Of a stretch of 64,000 nt of DNA, positions 29,675-38,700 are shown one piece after another (the first letter of the stretch is position 1; the number at the start of each line of letters is the position of its first letter). This DNA comes from a virus: IMG/VR virus record IMGVR_UViG_3300042885_000570, positions 1-64,000 of that record. One strand, given 5' to 3'. The position numbers and the translations under genes are program-made. Below the pieces are notes generated by a model. It did not search any database and was not told the DNA's origin. It worked only from the letters and a program-made list of their open reading frames with translations.

Positions 29675-31828
29675 TTATAAGTATTCTAATTCTCCTCCAT
29701 TAGCTAGGAAGTCGTCTATCTCTTCTTGAGTCATGTATTGAATATCCTCATCTTCATCTTCAGTGTTACCACCCATAGCATAAACACCACCACCATATCT
29801 TGAAACATCTTTAAATCCAGTATCATCAGGTCTAAAATTACCAGCTTGATCATAATCACCTCTATCATCTTCATTACTAATACCAAAATTAGATTCAGCT
29901 GGCTTTAAATTATTTATCATCTCATTCTCTTGTTTTTTAGCATTAATTTGATTTGCTTGATCTGCAAAACCTTTTACTAAATTTTCACCTAATATAATAT
30001 TAGCACCTAAATTACTTCTATCTTTTTTAACTTGAAAATCTTGTGAGTAATTATCTAGTGCTTCAGTAGAAGGTTTGTTATTTACTTGATTAGGATCCAT
30101 AGTAATATTATCTGGCTGCATACTTTCAGGTACTGTAGCTTGAATTTGATTACCAGTTACATCTTTTGTAGGGGCTTTATCAAAATAACCTTGAAGATTA
30201 CTAATACTCATGTTATTAGCATTAGGGTCAAAACCTACTTCAGTACCTATTTGTGCTCTATATAATTCAGGAATAGAAACATCTCCACCATATTCTTTTT
30301 GTTTATTACTTAAAGAAGAAGCCTGGTTAGCTATTGCTTGTGCTTTATTAGCATCACCAAATGGTACATAACCTGGATTACTTTGTTGTATTCTTGCAAC
30401 TTCTTTAGGATCATTAAATACATCTGCATCTTTATTACCTAAGAATCTATTAAGTTGTGCATCATCTCTTCTTTCTCTTCTTTGAGCACGTGCATCCATT
30501 GGAGGATAATAAGGCATATCACTTGCTTGTGTTGCAGCAGGAGTTGTAGGTTGTGCACCTTGAGGTATTTCAGGTACCATTCCTGACCTAGTCATACGTG
30601 CACCCAATTGCTTTATACCAGGAATACCAGATCTCATCATCATATCTGCAACAGGTTGTCTATTACCTTTTCTGTCTTGAGCAGCGTATTGAGCATCAAG
30701 TGTTTTTGCTTGATCTTCTGTAGGCATTTTAATTTGTGGTGTAGCACCCGCTGCTGTTGCATTTGGATTACCATAATTTACAGTATATGCTTTTGGTCTA
30801 CCTAATAATCCTCTTTTAGTTACATCAACACTTGTTACTTGTCTACCTGCAAGATTAGGATTAACTGCTGCTTGACCTGTAGCAGTATAGTAAGGAGAAT
30901 TAACTGCTTGAACATATTGTCTACCTGATCTTTTAGGCATTTTGAAACCACCTTCAGCATATTCATTATAATCTATATCACCATCTTGATACATTTCATC
31001 AGCAGATTCATTATCTCCACCACCAATGAATTTATATAAACCGGAATCAGTATCTGTAAAACCACCAAATTGTTCTCTATTAAAATCTATATTTGTACCT
31101 ACTTGTGGATTATCAAATATATCATGTATACCAGTCGCATATGCACCAATGTGATGCATTAGATTTTCTTTATCTGGTTGATTTTGTTGAGCACCTCCAT
31201 TTTGGTATCTACCATACTGAGATTCAGCTGCTTGTTTTAATGCTGCTTCATTAGCTGTATTTTTAACAGCACCCAAGAATCCTTTTACATGTGATTCTCT
31301 ACCATTTAATACATCATTAGTACCTGGAGAAGGCGTATCACCACCTTGACCCATTTTAGCAAACTTAGTATACTCTTTAATAAAACTTCTTTTACTAAGT
31401 TTAGAACCACCTTGTTTCATATAGTTAGCTTCATCTTCTGGAGTATCTTCAGTAGTTGACATATCTATATCAGTATTATACATAGCTGCAAGTTGTTGCT
31501 GTCTTGCTTCTTCCTCAGCTGCTTCTTGTTCTTCAAGTAAAGCTTGTTCTTCTTCTTGTGCTCTTGCTTGTTCTTCTGCTGCAAGTTGTTGCGCTTCAAC
31601 AGATATAGTATTTTCATTTAAACCAAGGTTATCACTAACACTTGTTATGTATTCATCAGCAACGTCTTCATCAATACCAGCACCAGCTAAGTCATCTCTT
31701 AATGCATCAGTATCTCCATCAAAGTCATCAGATGACATTTTTTGTGTAAGATAAGATACTATTCGTTGTTGTTGAGTAGCTTGGTTTGATTGACCACCAG
31801 CTTTATATACTCTTACTCTCTTTTTCAT
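29675..31828 (-). CDS. Low-complexity internal virion protein with multiple GG motifs
   Basis: 717 aa, acidic and Q-rich, probably largely disordered; located downstream of the muzzle gene. Confidence 0.65.
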   Translation of the reverse strand: MKKRVRVYKAGGQSNQATQQQRIVSYLTQKMSSDDFDGDTDALRDDLAGAGIDEDVADEYITSVSDNLGLNENTISVEAQQLAAEEQARAQEEEQALLEEQEAAEEEARQQQLAAMYNTDIDMSTTEDTPEDEANYMKQGGSKLSKRSFIKEYTKFAKMGQGGDTPSPGTNDVLNGRESHVKGFLGAVKNTANEAALKQAAESQYGRYQNGGAQQNQPDKENLMHHIGAYATGIHDIFDNPQVGTNIDFNREQFGGFTDTDSGLYKFIGGGDNESADEMYQDGDIDYNEYAEGGFKMPKRSGRQYVQAVNSPYYTATGQAAVNPNLAGRQVTSVDVTKRGLLGRPKAYTVNYGNPNATAAGATPQIKMPTEDQAKTLDAQYAAQDRKGNRQPVADMMMRSGIPGIKQLGARMTRSGMVPEIPQGAQPTTPAATQASDMPYYPPMDARAQRRERRDDAQLNRFLGNKDADVFNDPKEVARIQQSNPGYVPFGDANKAQAIANQASSLSNKQKEYGGDVSIPELYRAQIGTEVGFDPNANNMSISNLQGYFDKAPTKDVTGNQIQATVPESMQPDNITMDPNQVNNKPSTEALDNYSQDFQVKKDRSNLGANIILGENLVKGFADQANQINAKKQENEMINNLKPAESNFGISNEDDRGDYDQAGNFRPDDTGFKDVSRYGGGVYAMGGNTEDEDEDIQYMTQEEIDDFLANGGELEYL

Positions 31829-31888
31829 ATAATGTGTAATATATATTAAATATAATAATTTTTGGTTTACTCAATAAACATTAAAAGT

Positions 31889-34800
31889 TTAATCAAGTTC
31901 TTCTACTGTATATCCTGCTTTTCTTAATAATGCTATAGTATGTTCATCTAATTCATCTTCCCAAACTTCTTCTATTGTACCACCTTGTTTTAAATTTCCT
32001 TTTATAGCTTCACCTGTTGCTCCTATAATATTAGGAATAAACCCTTCTTTTAAATATTCAGATGGTGCCCCCATTGCATCTGTAGCACCTTTCATTATTG
32101 CCTCTGTTCTTGTAGGAAGATCTATATAGTCATTAGGATCACCATTTTCTAAACGTATTTGATCAGCAACATCTTGATCTTTTACATAACTCATAGGATC
32201 ATAAGTAGATCCAGCAATTGCACCAGCACCAATACCAGTTGTTAAAGCAGCAGCACCAAATTTTTCTCCTACTTTTTGTAAACCTGCACCAGTTGTAGCC
32301 CATTGAAACTTATTGTTCATAAGCTTTTCTTTATCAATAGGCACGTATCTATTTGAAAAAGGTAATCTTCTATTCAATGATACACCAGCATCTGTTAAAG
32401 GTACTTGTTTTACACCAGTACCCCAGTTATTTTGAATTGGATATGATGCATTACCTTTTCTAAAATTCCTACCTATAAAACCTTGTTGATTAGCAGAACC
32501 CAAACCTATTTTAGAACCATCTACTGAACCATCTATTTTAGCTGAGTATATATCTGATGCATTTGTTTTACCAACTTTTGTTGTTAAATCAGCATCTGGA
32601 CCTTTTTTAACTAATCCTTTGGCTTTATTGAATAATGATTTAGATTCTACTAGTTTACCATTTTCAATTGAGTTACCTATTACATTACCTAATGGTTTAA
32701 TTGCACCTTCTAATTTTTTACCATAACCTGGAACCCAGTTTAATGGACTGATTCTATTCATTGCTTTATTTAAAAAAGGCATGTAAGATTTATCAGCAAT
32801 ATTTGCTATTACTTTATTCTTAGGACCAATAGCACCTTGAATAAGTTCAGGAGAGAAACCAGCATTTAAGTTACCTCCACCTGTACTTGGTGTACTAGGA
32901 GCTCTTTCAGGTATAAATTTAGCTAACTTACCTTCTGCTTTATTAAGTACATTTGCACTTCCTTTTACAAGGCCGCTTGCAGTTTTAAGACCTTTTAATC
33001 CAAGTATTCCTAATCCCATTTCAGTTGCACCAGATGCAACATTTCCTTTATTCATTTCATTTCTTGCATGTGCTCCCCAGTTTCCAGGATTAAAAGTATT
33101 AAACACATCATTGACACCTAAACCTCTTGACTGCTTAGTTGCACTTAAAAATTTATCATAGTCAGGACTTTCAGTATTCATTAATCCTTCATGCATACCT
33201 GGTATATAAGCTTGATCACCTGATATAAAATTTGCTGCCATTAATAAGGGTTGAGATAAAGCTGCTTGTGATCTATCTACAATTTTTTCCATTGTAGATG
33301 CTTTATTATATTTGGCCCATTGTTTTTTTTCAAATTCTGCTTGAGCTTTTTTTCTTTGTATTTCAGCAAGTGCAGCCGCTTCTTTTTTTGCCTTTTGTTC
33401 AGCCTTGTATTGTGGTGACTTAATTATTGCGGCATTATTTATATCACTTACTGCTTGCTTAGGAGTTACTGTACGTGTATTATCACTTACTTGTGTTTTA
33501 GGCATACGCTTCATCAAGTCATTTTCTTTTTGCTTTGCTTGATTTTGTATATTTTGTTGTCTATTTTGTTCTTGTAGTTTACGGAATTGCTCTAATTTTT
33601 TAGCATTAGCTACTGAAGGTGAAGTATCTGTTTTTTTAACTTTTGGTTTTGGACTTGATGGACCTTTTAAACCATAATTAACTCCTGAGTAAACTGTTTT
33701 ACCACCTTGTGCTTTAGCAAGTTCATGTTGTACATAACCTCCTTCTTTACGTATTTGTGATACTGGTTGTTTAGTACCTCTTTGTTTAGCTTGATACTCA
33801 AGAGTTTTTCTTGTGAACTCATCAGCATCTCTTTTTCTTATTTCTTTTTCAACATCTTGTTGATTATACCCTTCTGGCATTTCCATATTTTCACCATGAT
33901 ATAGAGTAGGATTCCAATTTCTATAATGAACAGGTTTAACATATGGTCTAGCAGGTATGATAGTTTGCTCAGGTGATACAAATCTTTCTATTGGTTTTAA
34001 TGGTAATGTAGAAATAGGTTCAGTAGTAGTATTACTAGTAGTATTAATAGATTTTGGCTTATCTTTTTTGGGTACAAACTTTACAGGTTGTACTGGTTTT
34101 TTATATTGTGGATATACAACTATTCCATTAATCACTCTACTACCAATAGGTCTAATATTTGGATTAATTTTGTCTCCACGTAGTGTCCAGCCATCAATAC
34201 TAGGCCAGTATTTATCAATGTTGTATTTATCAAAATCAAGAGATACTCCAGAGTAACCAGGTGCACGAGAATCCCATTCACCAGGATAAAATTTTCCTTT
34301 ATCTTTAAAAGGTGCTGTAAGATTGTACATTTTTAAACTATCGTCTTGCATTTTCTTTAGATACTTAAACTTTTTAGGGTCACTTATCTCTAATGGTTTT
34401 TTAGATTCTACATTTTTTGATTTAATAGGAGTATTGTTTGAAACAGGTTGTTTTAATACAACAGGTTGTACAGGTTTTTTAAATACAGGATAAACAGTCT
34501 CTCCTTTATAATTAGTTTGTTTATCTTTTTTTTGTCCTATAGGTTGGATTTTAGAATAAGTCCACCCTTTAATCATGTCTTTATCCAGAGGTTGTATTTC
34601 TTGTGCAGGTAAATTCTTTAATCCTTTTTCACTATTATTATACAAACTCAAACTATCAGCATACATCTTATTTCTAAAGGCATACTCTTTAGGATCAGAT
34701 ATTTCTAATGGTTTTTTAATAAGACCTTTCTGTGCTTTAACTAATTCATGTTGTACATAACCTCCTTCTTCATATTCAGATATTTCTTTTACTACATAAC

Positions 34801-35773
34801 CTCCATCTCTATATGCTTGTATTTCTTCATCAGTAAGTTCTAAGTCTTCATATTCATCATTATTCTCTCCACCTTCTTGCAAGGTATATTTTAAAGTTAG
34901 ATTTCCAGTTGGATTAAATAGACTTCCTGGTACCATAGTATTATTAACTCCAGCACTAAAATTAATATGATCACCAAGATTTTTATTATAACCTACACCT
35001 GTTGTAAAACTTGGATTAAATTTACTACCTGGTTCTGTATAATTTTTTAATGTAGCATCAGCATCAAAGTTTTTAAATCTTTTATTATAACCTAATTCTG
35101 AATATAGATTACCCATAGCATTTTTATTAAAAAATGGCAACTCTACATTAGTACTTCCATGTAATCCAGATTTATGTTGAAAGTCAGCACCTAGTCCAAT
35201 TGCTTGTCCTGGTGCTCTATCTTCATTTTCTTGAATATATGTATATAACCATGGATTACTATGTACTCCACCATCTTGTTCAGTAGGTAGATTGTAGCCA
35301 TAGTTTAATTCATAGTGGCTTAATGGATTAGGATCAAGATTAATAGGTCCAAGTTTAGAACCTCCAGATTTAAACTCAGCATTAGGATCAAATATCTTAC
35401 TCTTTTTATTTTGAAATAATTTATTTTTAGCAAATAATTTATTAGTAGCAGACATGCTTTTAGAGTACTTCTTACTTTTAAGAGTACCACCTCTTCTACC
35501 TATTGGTGTTTCATCTACATAAGATGCACCTTTGAAATTACGGTTTTGTTCTGGGTACATTATAGCACCTGGTCCTACATTAGGTTGAGCCCATATTGGA
35601 TGATTAACACCTTTCATAGTAATCTCATTACCAGGTACTCTTACTGGTTTTCCTTGATTAGCAGGATTCCAATAACCCATTGGATCAACAGTTATATCTC
35701 TTGGCTTTGCTGGTGCTTTTGCTTTACCTAATTCTGATACAGCTTTAGATAATACTTTCTTATTGTATGCCAT
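31889..35773 (-). CDS. Mosaic virion protein with GG-delimited modules
   Basis: 1294 aa. N-terminal ITMKGV..P domain, a beta-strand-rich insert, a duplicated KKPLEISDP domain and Gly/Ala-rich segments. Confidence 0.7.
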   Translation of the reverse strand: MAYNKKVLSKAVSELGKAKAPAKPRDITVDPMGYWNPANQGKPVRVPGNEITMKGVNHPIWAQPNVGPGAIMYPEQNRNFKGASYVDETPIGRRGGTLKSKKYSKSMSATNKLFAKNKLFQNKKSKIFDPNAEFKSGGSKLGPINLDPNPLSHYELNYGYNLPTEQDGGVHSNPWLYTYIQENEDRAPGQAIGLGADFQHKSGLHGSTNVELPFFNKNAMGNLYSELGYNKRFKNFDADATLKNYTEPGSKFNPSFTTGVGYNKNLGDHINFSAGVNNTMVPGSLFNPTGNLTLKYTLQEGGENNDEYEDLELTDEEIQAYRDGGYVVKEISEYEEGGYVQHELVKAQKGLIKKPLEISDPKEYAFRNKMYADSLSLYNNSEKGLKNLPAQEIQPLDKDMIKGWTYSKIQPIGQKKDKQTNYKGETVYPVFKKPVQPVVLKQPVSNNTPIKSKNVESKKPLEISDPKKFKYLKKMQDDSLKMYNLTAPFKDKGKFYPGEWDSRAPGYSGVSLDFDKYNIDKYWPSIDGWTLRGDKINPNIRPIGSRVINGIVVYPQYKKPVQPVKFVPKKDKPKSINTTSNTTTEPISTLPLKPIERFVSPEQTIIPARPYVKPVHYRNWNPTLYHGENMEMPEGYNQQDVEKEIRKRDADEFTRKTLEYQAKQRGTKQPVSQIRKEGGYVQHELAKAQGGKTVYSGVNYGLKGPSSPKPKVKKTDTSPSVANAKKLEQFRKLQEQNRQQNIQNQAKQKENDLMKRMPKTQVSDNTRTVTPKQAVSDINNAAIIKSPQYKAEQKAKKEAAALAEIQRKKAQAEFEKKQWAKYNKASTMEKIVDRSQAALSQPLLMAANFISGDQAYIPGMHEGLMNTESPDYDKFLSATKQSRGLGVNDVFNTFNPGNWGAHARNEMNKGNVASGATEMGLGILGLKGLKTASGLVKGSANVLNKAEGKLAKFIPERAPSTPSTGGGNLNAGFSPELIQGAIGPKNKVIANIADKSYMPFLNKAMNRISPLNWVPGYGKKLEGAIKPLGNVIGNSIENGKLVESKSLFNKAKGLVKKGPDADLTTKVGKTNASDIYSAKIDGSVDGSKIGLGSANQQGFIGRNFRKGNASYPIQNNWGTGVKQVPLTDAGVSLNRRLPFSNRYVPIDKEKLMNNKFQWATTGAGLQKVGEKFGAAALTTGIGAGAIAGSTYDPMSYVKDQDVADQIRLENGDPNDYIDLPTRTEAIMKGATDAMGAPSEYLKEGFIPNIIGATGEAIKGNLKQGGTIEEVWEDELDEHTIALLRKAGYTVEELD
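33708..34770. repeat. 40-bp direct repeat pair (encodes EGGYVQHELxKAQ)
   Basis: 33708-33747 and 34731-34770 are 37/40 identical, with an identical 26-bp core TTCATGTTGTACATAACCTCCTTCTT; 1023 bp apart, in frame. Confidence 0.9.
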
Positions 35774-38700
35774 TATCTGAGTGATATTTGATTTTTACTA
35801 TTACTTAATTTAACTATCATGTTGACATCCTTAGAATCAATTTTACTCAAAAATAAGAAATTTAAATAGTGTCTGAATTTTTTTCTTTCTAATTGTGGCT
35901 TATTATAGTTTAAGTTAACTGCATTTAAAGTTTTAATATAACCATTTGACTGTGTATTCCATATTACTTCTTGAATATAGTTACCTGCAAGAATTGTTGT
36001 ACCTGGAACTAGTGGTCCAGTTGGAGGATAATTAGAACCTATTGGGAACTCTCCTCTATTTTTAGTTATATCCCAGAACTGGTTAAACCTATATTTGTTT
36101 TCCTCTTTAGCAAATAAGATATCAATAGATGTTGGATTTACTTTTGGATACGTATCAGCTAATGTAATATTATTCTTAGGAAATAAGTTAAGATTTAAGT
36201 ATCCAGAAACTTGCTCAGAATTATATATTACTGCTTTATCAAAGTTAAAATCTAATACATGAAATTGATCAACACAATTTAATGTACTATTTTTATAACA
36301 TTCAAGCATGTATTCCATAGATTTTAAAGTAGTAACTGTTTGTCCAGTAATTAATGGAATCTCAATCTCAAATGGATATTGTACACCATAAAAGTTACAG
36401 TAACTATCACATACATAATTATGTTTCCATAGTTTACCTCCTTTAGTAGACATAAAGTATTGTCTACCAGGAAACACAAAGTCAGGAGACCAATCATGAT
36501 GAGAGACCCAATAATCATTTTTAGGGTCAAAACTTGTAGTCCAAGATGCATTTTCAAATATAAGGGGATCACCTAAGTCTACTTTAGTAATACCATTAAC
36601 TAAAAAGTAATTACTATATTCAATATATTCTACTGTAGTATTTGCTGGTAAATCTTTTCTTAATTGATAATCTTTTTTAGAGAAATAAATAACACCATTG
36701 TAGTTATCATACACGGCTTGTGTACCAATACCAGCAACAGGATTATCTGTATGTGGATAATTAGGAAAATCTTCAATAAGCTTATAGGGTAAGAATAAAC
36801 TAAACCACCATTTCATACCTTGTTGAGATATTTCTTTAAGACCACCTTCAAATGCAAATACTCTTCCTTGATTTTGAGAGATATAATACATACCTGCTGG
36901 CGTAGCAATAACACCAAACTTGTTTTGAGATGAACCGTATTCATATTCAGCATCAGAAATTGTTACATTCTGAGGAGGATTAGCAAATAATCCACCATCA
37001 CCTATTGTAATCTTAGTGCCTAAATCTGTTTCAAGAGTATCAACACCTTGATAAACTAAAGGACTAGCATTCTGGAATGTAATAAACATACCTGTTTTAG
37101 CATATGCTTTTATACTAGTAATTCTATTTTTAAAATCTTTATAGTTATTTACAAGATATACAAACCATGAATCTTTTGATGATTCATTTTGTTGAGGTAA
37201 TGAATATATAACTCTATCAGGATAGTAAGTATAACATAACTGAGATACAGTAGGATTATAATATCTAGACTGTAAATTACCTTGTGAAAAGTATTGAGTA
37301 AATACTTTAGATATACTTAATGAATAGTCATATGCATAATAGTTACCTCTTGCAATAGTATCAGGGTTCATATTAAACATAGCATTCAAATCAGTATATG
37401 TATTATGATCATAATGTTGTTCATATACTGCAGTACCGGGTTGTCTAAAATCTACTAATACATCTGACTCAACAAAGAAATCTCTTACTGATGAATTAGC
37501 TAAATAAAAGTAAGCATCTTTAACACCAAACAATCCTGGATAATCACCTTCATTATCATCATTGTAATTATAATCTTTCCAATCAAGTTGGTAATATGAT
37601 CTTGGTAACAAACCAGATCCAGGAGGTGGAGCAATTATATCAGCTAAAGAAGTAGGTGTTAAATCAGCTACATCATATAGTTGACTGTTGACCCAGAATC
37701 TAGGTTCAGCAATCATACTTCTTAAAATGTAGTTATACTCATATCCATCTGGTTGGCCGTATAACCAATCATAGAAAAAGAACATGTTATTCTTTTCAGT
37801 GTATCTATTAACATAAGTATCACCTCCAAAGAATACTGGAGTCTGATTAATTACATTTAATGGTACTAGAACAGCTCTATTACCGGCAGGTGTATTTATA
37901 TTACAATAAAATGAGCGCACTGTAACTGGTATATTTTCTCCATTATAATTTAACTTTTGCTCTGATGGAGTAATTGGTATTTGTTTAATGGAATCAAGTT
38001 GACCATATTGGTTTCTTAATCTTACTTTCATACCACCATATTGACTTGCAATAGGTAAGTTAAACTGATTTGATTTTTTATCTGTAGTATTAACAGGAAG
38101 ACCTGCTATTACTGCAGTACCTAGAGTAACCAAAGATTTATCTTCTACACCTGGAATTGTAATAAAATCAGGACCACCAACAGTACTATTTTTACTAGAA
38201 GTTCTAATTGTAACTGTTGTTTGTCTTTTAAGATTATTTATTACATAGTTTATACCACTGAATGGTTTAACATTTTGGATATTATTTTTTAAGTAAAAAC
38301 TATCTTCAATATTAAATCTTTGTACCTGGGATAAATTAGGTGCATTAAAATTACTATAAAAACCTTCTGCAATAGATTGTAATGCATATTGTCTATATGG
38401 TATAAATGTATAGAATAATTTTATTGCAGTATTAGCACCTTCAGCAAAATAAAATATAGATTGCTGTAAATAATTTAAAAGTCCAATTGGACCAGCATAT
38501 TTATATTTTGGTATTTCTTTTGAATATGTTTTTCCATTAATACCAATTGCTCCTGCAATAGCTGCTGTACCCGCTGCTAATTGAAAAGGTGTATTAAATG
38601 CATTATATATTGAAAGAGCAGGAATTGTATCTTTAAGTGGATTAAGAGAATCAACTAAATAACCACCTAATGTAAAGTATTGATTTATAGCAACATCATA

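Noticed and set aside
7454-34770. Direct repeats as CRISPR array, att sites or DGR template/variable repeats
   Set aside because: Only 2-3 copies each, in frame within genes and hundreds of bp apart. No cas, integrase or reverse transcriptase gene seen, and no long adenine-specific mismatch pair.
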